Assembly (NCBI GenBank): GCA_937625935.1
Contig: OW569353.1
Location: 1 to 64,000, forward strand
Length of the DNA: 64,000 nt
Direction of reading: 5' to 3'
Origin: Tetramitus jugosus
Taxonomy: Eukaryota; Protista; Heterolobosea
Positions 44,403 through 55,900 of the stretch are shown here, one piece after another. How positions within the stretch are numbered: the stretch's first letter is position 1; every line of letters begins with the position of its first letter. The notes under the pieces were generated by a model. That model saw nothing but the letters and a program-made list of their open reading frames with translations, was not told the origin of the DNA and did no database searches. Position numbers and translations under genes: made by a program.

Positions 44403-45545
44403 ATGTCTAAAAAACTACGATCCTTAATCTATCTCAGCTCTATCATCGCAGTTTTGGTTGTAGGTGGGTTTCTTTTGGATTATCAACTGTTGTTCTCGAA
44501 CTTGTCCATTCCACAACAACAAACTCCTACATCGAGCATAATGCCCACACCTATCAAAGGAACAAACTCATCCCAATCTACCACGACTAAAAAGTATCTT
44601 ATTGTGTTAGGGAAGGGAGGCCTTAACAATTACATCCTTGCTCTGAGTAATGGAGCTTACATTTCTAAAATGTTGAACAGAACTCTATTGATACATCCAT
44701 GTGTCCAAAACGACCACATGGGCACAAAATCTTTTCATTATTCCTCAAGTCGATTGATCCTCAATTCGGAGTGCCATTCAAAGGTTGACTTTCGTTTTCT
44801 ATATCGTGTCTATGAGGATGCCCCATATGAGATTGCCACAAAATCCCATTCTGTATGGAACTCCGGGGAATTGAAGATGTGTACTGGAGCTAGAGGAGTA
44901 TCCAATTTCAAACTCGAAAAACTTTTCAGGGATTGTGAGAGTATGAATGAGAAAGAAGATGTCTTGATCTTGGATGATCTTTTGTACTTGGGAAGGTCGA
45001 AAGTCTTTGACTTCTCTGAATTAGTGTACGACTTGGTGCGCCAATCCTTTACTCATCAGAAAATTTCGCTCGAACAATCAATGGTAGTTCACATTCGTCT
45101 AGGTGATTTTGATCGGTATTGTTCCTCTCGCAAGGGCTGTTATCTTACACTTTCAGATATGGAAACAGAGTTAGTGTTGATGAAAAAGAAGTGGAATGCT
45201 TCTAAACTGATTATTCTGAGCAATTTTCAACTACCTCATAACATCACGTCTCGAAACAATTGGATTCATGCAACAGATATCCTGAGGAAATACTCTTCTT
45301 TTACAGGTAACGAACTCATGAATGATGGTAATCTCCAAGTAGCGTTAGAGATGGCAACAGGTGTTTTGGCAAAATACTTTATCGGAAACGTTTACTCCAC
45401 CCTGTCTGGAGTCATCGCTACACTCAGAGAACGGTATCATGCAGACTACAAAAACACGACCACTTCGATATCAGCCATGATGGGTTTTCGCAATGACACG
45501 TCTTATGTCAATGTACTGGAACTCCTAAGCTCGGGTGATGTATGA
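44403..45545 (+). CDS. O-fucosyltransferase-family glycosyltransferase (type II membrane)
   Basis: GGLNN..A..LNRTL; VHIRLGDF; AKYFIGNVYSTLS. Confidence 0.82.
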   Translation: MSKKLRSLIYLSSIIAVLVVGGFLLDYQLLFSNLSIPQQQTPTSSIMPTPIKGTNSSQSTTTKKYLIVLGKGGLNNYILALSNGAYISKMLNRTLLIHPCVQNDHMGTKSFHYSSSRLILNSECHSKVDFRFLYRVYEDAPYEIATKSHSVWNSGELKMCTGARGVSNFKLEKLFRDCESMNEKEDVLILDDLLYLGRSKVFDFSELVYDLVRQSFTHQKISLEQSMVVHIRLGDFDRYCSSRKGCYLTLSDMETELVLMKKKWNASKLIILSNFQLPHNITSRNNWIHATDILRKYSSFTGNELMNDGNLQVALEMATGVLAKYFIGNVYSTLSGVIATLRERYHADYKNTTTSISAMMGFRNDTSYVNVLELLSSGDV

Positions 45546-45834
45546 TCCTGATCGATAGTATAACAATTCAAAAGAACAAACATTGAACCAAATAATTTGC
45601 TACATTCATATCATATTTCTCGTTGTTGTTTGGTGTGGTTCTCTGGTTTCATTTGATTTCGATTCTTCTACTTTAAAGTGCTACTGCTCTGTACATTGAC
45701 TTCAGTACAGCTCGAACGTTCGACAACTTCATTTTTTTCCATGTTTGCTCCTTCAATGGAAATCTGTCGAAAATGCCATTCCTTTTAGTCCGGTTCCACT
45801 AACATTTTCCCGATACTCCTTCGAAGAAACAAAA

Positions 45835-47814
45835 ATGCATTTCTGTGAGCTTCCCAAGCACATTGTTCGCCATCTTTTGTTGTACATTCCCAAGCAACAC
45901 GATCTCTTTCACACGATTAGTAAAACTGATTCATTGCTATGTCAGTGCATTTTTGAACCTGAGCTTTGGCAAATGAGACGTCTCACCATTGATTTCTCTC
46001 TCATTCATCTGCTTCACTCATCGTCCATGTTCTCTCAAGTGCATCACTATTTGCATGGTATTGAACTGGTGGGTGTATCTGTTGAGTATCAAGATTTGAT
46101 TCGATTTTTGCATGAGACGAATTGTAAACGATTGTGGATTGATGATGAACGTGTGGATATTGTGATGAATTCTCAGAATGATGAATTTATCGATGATGGT
46201 GGTAGTGGTGATAATGATAATGATGATAATGATGGCAATAGGAAAAGAAAGGAGCAATCATTAGAGCCAATGATTCGCCTAAACGAACTGAGATCAATTG
46301 TTTGTCATTTCCCTATTATTCCAAGTCAAATGATTCATTTGTTGAGTGAAAAGTTGGGACGCATCTTGCTTGTTAATTTTTCATTTCGAGAACTAGAGAT
46401 GTTTATTATCAATAACAATCGTCGAGAATTACTGGGCTGCGATGAGAACAATGAGAATCAATTACCACTGACAAACGGATTAGATATGATCCAATTGCAG
46501 CATCCATTTCCTGCAAAGAATCTGATTGAACTCGTGTTGTTCCGTGCTGAGATGAACGATAATGACTTGTATAAAATTGTGTCTCAGCAGAATGCATCAT
46601 CCAGGTGGAGATTGAAGACTCTTCGGCTAATTGATTGCAGTGAGATAACGAGCAAGTCCCTCAGCGTAATTACTGAATATTGTAGCACTCTTCAAGAGTT
46701 GCAAATTGAAGTGATGGATATGAATATGTGGTTTGGATATGATGATGAAAGTGACAGTGATTCTGACTATTCACCACAAGATGACTCATTAGTTCTTCAT
46801 CCCTTGAATGAACTTTTATCAGTCACATTGCACTGCGTCTCAAAATCAATCACAGAACACTTTTTGAACACAGTCATTCAGAATCCGTTGAAAGAGTTGG
46901 ATATTCTCCACACAGAGACAACACTAACTGACCTCAATGAGAATACGAGAGCACGGCTGATGCACCTTGAAAAACTAACAATAAGCGACAAAGTCCTGTC
47001 AAAGCTGGACATTTCATCCCTCATCACACCACAACTCAAATCCCTGAAACTATTTGGAATGCATATCAATTCCCAACTTTTGAAACAACTCGAGCATATA
47101 GAGAGTTTAGAATACGAGGAATGCATATTTATGAGTGACAGTGTGTTTCTTCAATCGTGTGCCCTTCCCAAGGTTCAAGAAGTATTCATCAGCTCTTGTT
47201 CTACCGATGACTCGATGGAGGAACCATTGCTCTCCATTCAGTATGAAGTTGCGAATATCAACTTGGAAGTTCTTCAGATATCTGTTGAAGAATATTGTTC
47301 ATTCTGTGATCGTGTGCTTGAAATAACGGAGAATGCGCCTAATATGAAAAACTTGGCACTAGACTCTCCCTCGAGCAGCGGTCGAGAAACAGCAGATCTT
47401 CTCTTGTCACTCTCTTGTCAAGAACTGCCTGAAGATCTATGTCTAAGATACACGTTGTACATACATGAGACTGGATTGATGCTCAGCAAATTTCGAATCA
47501 AATCTATTGAACTGTTCGTCGCAGCCACGTACTACACACAACTGATAGACATTGAATATTTTGATATAGTCCTACTTATTGCAATATGCTGCCAAGAGGT
47601 CCAAGAAGTGAAAATTCGCCTGTCAGACCAAATACAGGAATCGGTGAGGAAGATAACCAACGACATGGGTTTGAATCTCGCGATCCAATCCAGATTACCC
47701 ATCGTTGCAGAACAGATCACAGCCATCGATCGTAAAAGAATAGAAGAATCAAGGAAATTCTCCCCTTCGCAAATCAAGAACCTTGAACGCTGCTTAATAT
47801 CAATGATAAAATAA
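45835..47814 (+). CDS. F-box / LRR protein
   Basis: FCELPKHIVRHLLLYI F-box; LKTLRLIDCSEITSKSL LRR. Confidence 0.8.
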   Translation: MHFCELPKHIVRHLLLYIPKQHDLFHTISKTDSLLCQCIFEPELWQMRRLTIDFSLIHLLHSSSMFSQVHHYLHGIELVGVSVEYQDLIRFLHETNCKRLWIDDERVDIVMNSQNDEFIDDGGSGDNDNDDNDGNRKRKEQSLEPMIRLNELRSIVCHFPIIPSQMIHLLSEKLGRILLVNFSFRELEMFIINNNRRELLGCDENNENQLPLTNGLDMIQLQHPFPAKNLIELVLFRAEMNDNDLYKIVSQQNASSRWRLKTLRLIDCSEITSKSLSVITEYCSTLQELQIEVMDMNMWFGYDDESDSDSDYSPQDDSLVLHPLNELLSVTLHCVSKSITEHFLNTVIQNPLKELDILHTETTLTDLNENTRARLMHLEKLTISDKVLSKLDISSLITPQLKSLKLFGMHINSQLLKQLEHIESLEYEECIFMSDSVFLQSCALPKVQEVFISSCSTDDSMEEPLLSIQYEVANINLEVLQISVEEYCSFCDRVLEITENAPNMKNLALDSPSSSGRETADLLLSLSCQELPEDLCLRYTLYIHETGLMLSKFRIKSIELFVAATYYTQLIDIEYFDIVLLIAICCQEVQEVKIRLSDQIQESVRKITNDMGLNLAIQSRLPIVAEQITAIDRKRIEESRKFSPSQIKNLERCLISMIK

Positions 47815-47933
47815 CAACTCGCTGAACTTTGATGTGATTTTTGATTAACAACTCTCGTTTGCTTCACTTGTGAATTCAAATAAATTTAGCTAAAAAAAGA
47901 TAAATTTGTCCAAATTTAAAAAAGATGTGTTCA

Positions 47934-48031
47934 GCCTCTATAGGTCAGAGGATAGACTATCGGTCTCCTACCCGCCCAATGTTGGGATTGAGTAAAACCG
48001 GGGGTCGCGGGTTCGAATCCCGCTAGAGGCT
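47934..48031 (+). tRNA. tRNA-Arg(CCT) with 25-nt intron (47971-47995)
   Basis: GCCTCTA/TAGAGGC acceptor stem; TCGGT-CTCCTA-intron-A-ACCGG; GGTTCGAATCC; T-run downstream. Confidence 0.92.
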
Positions 48032-48046
48032 CGTTTTTATTTTGCC

Positions 48047-49663
48047 TCATTGATGGAATACAATTCGGTTTGGCCTCTCTTCGATGAAGTTGTTGGTCAT
48101 GCTCCATCCACTATCTGTCAAGCCTTGGACCAGATTATTGATCTGATCATTGGTTGTTTCCAATGTATGCTGAACAACATCTTGGCTGTTATTGTTCTCG
48201 ATTGACCCTGAACCGAACAGTTCTCTCCGAATCAAACTAGAGTGCATAACTCCTTTAACCACGTCAACAGTCGATGCACCGTGCAAGAAAAGTAGGTTTA
48301 CTACTTGCTTCTCCGAGTCAACTTTGATTAAGTAATTCTCTCCACTAAAAATCTTTCGCAAGTCTTGCACCTGTTGAATCATAGTCGACGATTGACCATT
48401 GTCGACAAACATATCAGACAACTTGGGATTCATTTGCAAGCGACCCGGAAATGGTGACCGATATGGGAATATAAATTTTTCCTTTTGACTGATTTCTGAT
48501 GGCTTAAGAACGATCGCAGTACTTAAAAAATGAGCCACGACCAATTCTATTCTTTGTAGGTTCAGTGTATCTAGCTCGACAAGTGTAACAGCTCGGTACA
48601 GTGCATACAGCTGAACAGACGACAGAACCAAAAAGGTTGGAAAAACTGCAGAAAAGCTCGCACCAATCAGCGGCGAAATGATGACTGCCAATCCTGTACC
48701 AATCAGACTCGAGGCAATTGCCTGTGATCCAGACTTTCCAGTAATATCAGCCAAGTTATCCATCTTGACAAACGAATTATTGATTGCTGCTCTGGTCGCT
48801 GACGATGCCAGACACGATATATTCTTGCCAATGTTTGCAATGGAAGCCAATGGCAAGAACAAACCTGGAAACAGAGGCGTACAAATCTCGAGTAAAGTAG
48901 AGCTCATGAGAGCCAATTCGCCTCTGACTCTCCACTTTTTTGGATCCGAATCAAAATTGGTGCTCACTCGACTCGCAAACAATACGCCTCCCAATTGACC
49001 GAGACCATCCTTGATGACCCAATTGAGAGCAGCAGCCAGTGGAAGACTGCCTGATCCAACACCCACAGCATAAAACATGCTCTGCATGGACAAAACACCT
49101 CCCATCGAGCCCACAATATACTGCAGAGACTGCCACTTGCAAAACTCCAAATAATTTGATTTGACTGAGTCGGGATACTTGTTGGGCAACAAATAAATCA
49201 GTGCATGATTCCATATCCAATCCCTTAGAGATTCCTTGTTCAATGTCGCAGCAGTAGCATCATTCTTGCCATAGCTATGATTGGTGGGAGATTGCACCAA
49301 TTGGACTCTATCTTCCCAATCTCTTTCCCTGCCATGATTAGCACCCTTGTCTCCAACAGCCGCACTTTTCTTGTGGTTCCACGTATAAACTGTTTCTTTG
49401 GTAAAGTGAGTCTCATGCATCATTTGAGTTGCAAATGGAAAATGTTCTTGTGGTGGTGGTGGTGATGGCAATGACGATAGAGACTCATCATTCTTCTTTG
49501 CAATGAGTGTTTCTTGTGAATGAGCGACGGTTGGTTTTGGTGTTGTTGCTGTTGCTGTTGTTGTGCAGATTATTCTCCTTTGGTGCGAGTGATGATTTGC
49601 GATGGTAAAGATTGGAGATGATCGACATCGAGTGTGGATGTGTGAAATGAACCTTGTCGTCAT
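48047..49663 (-). CDS. RUS1/DUF647 family protein
   Basis: YPDSV..YL..WQ; AAALNWVIKDGLGQLG; FDSDPKKWR; NLADITGK; TLNLQR. Confidence 0.93.
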   Translation of the reverse strand: MTTRFISHIHTRCRSSPIFTIANHHSHQRRIICTTTATATTPKPTVAHSQETLIAKKNDESLSSLPSPPPPQEHFPFATQMMHETHFTKETVYTWNHKKSAAVGDKGANHGRERDWEDRVQLVQSPTNHSYGKNDATAATLNKESLRDWIWNHALIYLLPNKYPDSVKSNYLEFCKWQSLQYIVGSMGGVLSMQSMFYAVGVGSGSLPLAAALNWVIKDGLGQLGGVLFASRVSTNFDSDPKKWRVRGELALMSSTLLEICTPLFPGLFLPLASIANIGKNISCLASSATRAAINNSFVKMDNLADITGKSGSQAIASSLIGTGLAVIISPLIGASFSAVFPTFLVLSSVQLYALYRAVTLVELDTLNLQRIELVVAHFLSTAIVLKPSEISQKEKFIFPYRSPFPGRLQMNPKLSDMFVDNGQSSTMIQQVQDLRKIFSGENYLIKVDSEKQVVNLLFLHGASTVDVVKGVMHSSLIRRELFGSGSIENNNSQDVVQHTLETTNDQINNLVQGLTDSGWSMTNNFIEERPNRIVFHQ

Positions 49664-49995
49664 CTGTGATGTTTGTTCTTGATAATCTTATGCTTTTTTC
49701 ATGTGTGACATCTCGAGGCAAAATTTGTTTTATTGGGGTGTGAACTTTTTCACACGTGTCCACACGAAATGCAATATTGGTATGGTCGTTCAATATAATT
49801 GTTGTATTGATGATGCTCAAAAAGTTGCTTCTTGTGATAGAAATTGGGTGACGACAACTGATGGTATGCCTCACACAATTTCTCTCACACGAGAATGTAA
49901 CCTTGGGTCATTGAAGGGGTTCGGCTGAATAAGTTTTCTCTCCTACGACTCTGTCGCAGGGTTTAGTGAGCTACGTCCATGAAGAAATGATGAAT

Positions 49996-51648
49996 TCACG
50001 TACTTGCTCCATCATTCGCATAAATATTCATGGATTTTAGCTGTTCGATATCAGATGCCTCGGAATCTGATGATGATGACTCTGGTGGTCGAGATAAGAT
50101 AAGACGAGTCTGATGTTTTTCCTCATAGTGCTCCACCTCGTCCAACTCTCCCGATAAAACAGTACGATGCACGGTAGAGAATCCTAGCCACCACCAGCAG
50201 CAACATAGAGGTTCATTCTTGATAGTACGGGCAATCTCAAAAATCTTGTCGTCTACGAGTTTGGCCACGACGAAAATAATGCCCATGATTGCACTGTTCA
50301 ATAGGAACATGTAACTAGATGCTTTAAACGATCCAGCAAGGTCAATTACACGGAATCCAGTGATTGACCACGTACACACATAGAACCATAGAGTACTTAA
50401 ACCGATTGAACCAACAATAAATAGAGTCAGAAAGAATAGGACGACTACAGCCATTGTACAAAATAAATTTCTCTTGAGGCGCTTTTCCAAATAGTTGAGG
50501 CCTGGTTCGAAAAACGGAAAACAAAAGCATGGCTCGCCCTCCACATCTCTCAACGCATCATCAAAGTGGGAATCAGAGAATGATCCATTGTCAAAATACA
50601 CATTCCTCTTCAATCGCTCTCGACTCTTGCTTGCACCGCCTGGATTTTGACTTGTCGGACTCGCTGACTTACGATCTCCATTGAAAATACCAGAGGCAAA
50701 ATCGGAGATAAATGTTCTCGCATCAGACAATCCCTGTTTCACAATTTCCTTGGCAGCAAAGTGAGGAGATGATCCAGCAACTTTTGCTCCATATGGTTGA
50801 ATAGGCGAAATGGTGGGAGACAATTGAGGTGCAGGACTTCTTCTCCTGCTATTACCATTGATAGTCTCGTTGTTATTGTCGTCAACATAGTCCGTACCAC
50901 AGATCAGACCATAATGATCATCATATTTATCATCCTCTTCATCTTGACTATTCAACTCTTCATAACCATGGTTATGGTGCTTGTGATGACGATGATGATT
51001 TTTACGATGGCGATTGCGATGATGATGTCTCTTCTTTTTTTGTGTTCTCAGTGGTTTAATGTGCCTATTGGTACGACCCTTGAGATTCATTTGCATTGTG
51101 ACGAGGAAAATGAAGGCCATACCACCAATGCACAACACAACCATCAGAATCATCTTGACAAACTCTAGTACTGTCAATAACAGTGAACTAAGAAAGAATG
51201 TCTTGATGGTGAAGGGTGCTCCTTGACCACCATTACCACTACCACTACCACCACTACTACCATTGGAAAACACAGATGGGTGAAACATATAAATAATGAG
51301 GGCGCAATTGAGAAAAGTGATAAATGGTAGAACGACACCCATGTAGATTAGATAACGTATATTGTTGTCCATGTAGTGATACCTGTGATAGTAGTTGGGT
51401 TCAGGTGGAGTAGAGTAGTGGATCACTGGATAGTGCTTGTCCTTGATGACAGTGATGGATGGAGAGACAGGACTAGATGATGAGGAGATGGAAGATGCAG
51501 AAGAACTAGAGGATGAGGATGATGAGGATGAGGAGGATGATGATGAGGAAGATGAGGAAGAGGAAGAGGAAGAGGAGGATGAATTGGAGAGTGAGATGGA
51601 TGAAATTGATTTGATCAGCTTGGAAGGAAATGGCTCAATTGTTTGCAT
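49996..51648 (-). CDS. Multi-pass membrane protein of unknown function (poly-Ser, His-rich)
   Basis: 550-aa ORF with several hydrophobic helices. Confidence 0.7.
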   Translation of the reverse strand: MQTIEPFPSKLIKSISSISLSNSSSSSSSSSSSSSSSSSSSSSSSSSSSSASSISSSSSPVSPSITVIKDKHYPVIHYSTPPEPNYYHRYHYMDNNIRYLIYMGVVLPFITFLNCALIIYMFHPSVFSNGSSGGSGSGNGGQGAPFTIKTFFLSSLLLTVLEFVKMILMVVLCIGGMAFIFLVTMQMNLKGRTNRHIKPLRTQKKKRHHHRNRHRKNHHRHHKHHNHGYEELNSQDEEDDKYDDHYGLICGTDYVDDNNNETINGNSRRRSPAPQLSPTISPIQPYGAKVAGSSPHFAAKEIVKQGLSDARTFISDFASGIFNGDRKSASPTSQNPGGASKSRERLKRNVYFDNGSFSDSHFDDALRDVEGEPCFCFPFFEPGLNYLEKRLKRNLFCTMAVVVLFFLTLFIVGSIGLSTLWFYVCTWSITGFRVIDLAGSFKASSYMFLLNSAIMGIIFVVAKLVDDKIFEIARTIKNEPLCCCWWWLGFSTVHRTVLSGELDEVEHYEEKHQTRLILSRPPESSSSDSEASDIEQLKSMNIYANDGAST

Positions 51649-52446
51649 ATTCTTCTACGATCATAGCTTTTAAGAAAATGAGATTTGGTTGTTGTTTTTG
51701 TAGTGTTGAGTGATCACGCCTCTTGAGAGTAGTGGTTTGTGTGAAAAGTCACTTGTGTGAAATGTGTTGGAATGTGTGGTGCTGTGTGGTCGAATGACGA
51801 ACAATAAAGAAAGAATAGAGAAGGGGACTTGTGATTGAAAGAACGATAGTTTTTTGTTTAACAGAGTGGGTTGGAAATGGCCACAATTTGGTTTGATAAG
51901 CTTTTGCTGAATGTTCGTTCGAACAGTTGTTCTTGGTCGTGCAAGAGCGGTCTTGCTGCCTCAATTTGCCACGTGCAAGAGCGGTAAAAAAGTGGAACAA
52001 GCGGCGATGAAGGAAATTGTTTCGAACGGTCACCAGTGACTGATAAAAGTTCCTGAACTGAAGGTGTTTGGATCTAACAAGTGATGACTGTCAATGCAAC
52101 TATGCACTCACAAAGTTCAAAGAGACATCGGCCACAATTGATCACACGTGATCATTCTGTGTGAATCAATTATCCAATAGAAATAGAAAGCGGAGAAATA
52201 TTTTTGCATTTCAGCGATTGAAGGTGGCATTCCTTGGTTGAGGTTCAGTCAACCATCTGCGTCAACTTTGAAAATTTCTTTGCGCCACAAAACGTAATCT
52301 CTAAAAAAAACAAAATTAACTAACCACATACAAAAACATAAGGTATGATTTCGATTGATGTGGACCAACCGCCATGAATGAAAATATTTTCTCAGTTCAA
52401 TTTGAAAACGAAAAAACTAACTCACAATTATAAATTATAGTCAAAA

Positions 52447-52773
52447 ATGAAGGTTGTCGCTGCATACTTGCTCGCTGTTTTGGGAGGAAACCAATCTCCA
52501 TCCGTTAAGGACGTCAAGAAGATCTTGAGCTCAGTTGGTGCTGATGCTGAAGATTCCCAAATTGAGAACTTGATCAACCAAGTTGGTGACAAGAACGTCT
52601 TCGACTTGATCGAGTCTGGAAAGGCTAAGCTCGCTTCCGTCCCAACCGGTGGTGCTTCATCCGGTGCTGTTGCTGCTTCTGGATCTGCTCCAGCTGCTGC
52701 TCAAGAAGAAAAGAAGAAGGAAGAATCCGAATCTGAAGAAGAAGACGACGATGCATTCGGTGGTTTGTTCTAA
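52447..52773 (+). CDS. RPLP2: 60S acidic ribosomal protein P2; probable 5'-UTR intron 52343-52440
   Basis: MKVVAAYLLAVLGGN...EEEDDDAFGGLF; GTATG...ACTAAC...TAG just upstream of the ATG. Confidence 0.97.
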   Translation: MKVVAAYLLAVLGGNQSPSVKDVKKILSSVGADAEDSQIENLINQVGDKNVFDLIESGKAKLASVPTGGASSGAVAASGSAPAAAQEEKKKEESESEEEDDDAFGGLF

Positions 52774-52999
52774 ATTGTTTCTCATAAAAAATTTTCTTCA
52801 AAACTTGATCATTGCTCTTCATCTTTTTTCATCTGCGACAAGTGTGCTCTCAGCATCGTGGTGTTGAATCTGTCTGTTGTGAGCCATTTCCATTCGAAGT
52901 TTCATTCGACCTTCAATATTTCTCTGCATCTTGAACATTTTTCACACAAAAAATTTTTTCTCGCCCAACAAAAACAAAACAACAACACAACACTGACCA

Positions 53000-55900
53000 A
53001 TGTCTAATCTCGAGAAGCAACTTCAGTTCCTTAAATCTACATTTCCACAGGCAACTGCACCAAAAGTCAAGTCTGGTAAGGAATCTTTCCTCTTCTCAGC
53101 GGAGAAGGCAGGTACTCTGTCAGTGGAGGACATTTATACCATTGGTATCAATGGCGCGCAACAGTTGAGTGAGATGGACTCTCGTTTTGGTCAATACCTC
53201 GACACTCTCTTCCAGAAGAAGAGCACAACTAGAAACAGAGAATTGCAAACAAAGCAAGAGAATGAAGAATTGGATGCACAATTGAACCACTTTTTGTTGT
53301 TGCTTGGATCCTATTTCTTGTTGAAGCCTGCTCACATGGCTCTTGAATATTTGATTCGTCGATACAAGTATGTCATTTTTTGTTCTTTTGATTGTTGTTG
53401 TTGTCGCGACAATGTGTGAAATCATCATCATCATCATTATCGGTAGTAGTCCTCATTGTGGTAATCATTGTAAACTAACACTATTCATCTGTTTGTTCAC
53501 GCGTGTAACACAGAATTCAAGTCTACAATGTGGATGCCATCATGACATGCATCTTGCCATATCATGGCACACTCTTGTTTACTCGTATGGTTCAGATTAT
53601 GAACATTTCAGAGTCCAAGTGGCACTTTTTGGAATCGATTCAAAAGACTGGTTCTTCCATCTCCAGGGATTTTCTCGTTCAGAGATGCCACACTGATTTC
53701 AATATTTTGGAGTTTGTTTGCGAGATGACAATGAAGTGTGTGATTCAACATCAGATGGATCACAAGACAATGATCAGTTTCTATGCCGCAATGGTCATCC
53801 AGTATGTTGATATTGCTGCCGAGTCACAATTGAAGGACGTTTATCTGAAGAGATTGTTCTCATTTGTGTTGGCTGGAGCCAAGTCGCGACACTTGGATTA
53901 TCAGAGCGCTTCTTTCATGATTTTGACTCAGATTGCTTCGAGAAAATCATTGTCGACTGTTGCACTCGACTCATTCTTGAGAGAAATTGCATCTACATTG
54001 AACAAGTATACCAGCCCTGATCACGCACTGTTAACCATTGTGTTCCTGTGTCAGAGTCAACAGATTGGAAAGTTGAATCAAGAAACGTATGAAACACTTG
54101 TTTCATTGGAACAGTTCACATCCAAGATTCATCAATTTATGAAGACATATGACTTGAAGAACTTTTTGGACGCGTTTATCGCGAGCGTTGTTGAACAATC
54201 TTTCCACAAGAAGAGTTTGACTCTGTTGGAAAAGTATAGCACTGAGATTGATATTCACCAACAAATTCCATCCATTGTTTTCAAATTGTTCCACTTGTAC
54301 TCTCAGGACCAAAGTTTGGAATCATTTGTCAAGCAGGTTTTGTTGACATTGGAGAGAAAATATCCAAAGCAAATCGATGAAGGTATCAGTTTGAGTCTCA
54401 ATGGATTGAATGACCAAGAGAAACAACTGGTCTTGCAGTTTACAAGATTGACCTTTAGAGGCACCCAGCACGAAATTGTCGAGCAGGTTAACACATCACT
54501 CTTCCTCTGTTTGGAGCACAGTGATGTGAACATTAGAATGCTCGCTTTGAATAAGTTGAAGGATATTGTCGCCAGTGGAGATTCTCTATCCGAACAAACA
54601 AAGGAGTTTATTGCTTCTTCATTGGCAATGAAACTTGCTGATGACGAAGAAGCTGTGCTCGATATCGTTTTGTCTTTCCCTAACTTATTGACTGTGATTG
54701 ATACTGCAAAGTTCATCCCAGCATTGGCAAAGCGATTCATGACTATGGACAAGGAATCCAAACTCAAATCCAAGGTTCTCCATGTGCTCATGCAGGAGTC
54801 CATCGTGAAGAATGACCAATTGCTTGATTTCGTTCTACCAGTTGTTTTTGCTAATTTGTTCACTGCTGAGGGCGTGTCCTTCGATGTATTGGCAATTTTG
54901 AGCAAGTCCAAACATCCACTGATTAGAAGTTTGAGCGTCACAAAGGGAACAACAATGGACATGAGATACCAAGTTGTGGATGCTGTCTCCAAGAATATTG
55001 CAGGACACATGGATGAAACCATTCCTTATTGCGTGAACATGTTTGCTCAGGAGGGTGCTAGAGTATTTTTACTGCTCGCCCTCAACTTTGCCCTTGCATC
55101 TCATGTGAAGAACGAGGCTGCCAAGTACAGAATTTCCAATACTATTCTGTCCTTGATAAAGACTGAGAAGATTGCCGATGCTGTACTTCATCTAGACATG
55201 CTTCAAAAGAGCTCACTCAATGGCGACGCATTGACATTGAGTGACCTGTGCTTGTTCAGTTATTACAACATCATTCAAAAGTTGCCAGAAAAGAAGGTTG
55301 ATATGTCATCATTGCCAGCATTTGCTAGAAGCGAGATAGTCTCTACCAATCATACCTTCATGGTGATTGAATTATTTGCTTTGATGGCGGGCAACACTCA
55401 CTTTGCTCCATTTACCAAACACATTGATGCTCTGTTTTCAAGATTTGTTGGAGATAATGCAGTTTGGTTCTTATCCCTGTTCTGGTCATCCAACATTAGT
55501 TCATTCACAGAGTTGGTTCAAATCAGAGCATTGCAGATTGCCTACGTATTCTTGTCTGCATCTCCTTCCTCCAACTATCAGAATTTGATTCCAAGTTTGT
55601 TGGTCTGCTTGAGTAACAATCCTCAATCCATCAAACAATATGCCTTGAAGTGCATTGACGCGCTGATTAATACTCGCTCTGCTACTGTCAAGGTCAATCC
55701 ATTGTTGAATGTTCCTTCCAAGAGTCAAGGTGAGCAATTGTCTCAATTCTTGAAGGCTATATCAGAGAACAGAAAGCAAATTTTGATCAACAATCGAGCT
55801 CTATCCGATCTATTCCAACTCAATTTCAACACTGTTGCCAACTTTGTTGCAGAGTCAGCAATGGGAAGTGCACTCGATCATCCAAAGGCAGTGCTATTGT

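Noticed and set aside
51437-51673. Acidic 78-aa ORF
   Set aside because: Antisense of the poly-Ser tract in the 49996-51648 gene.
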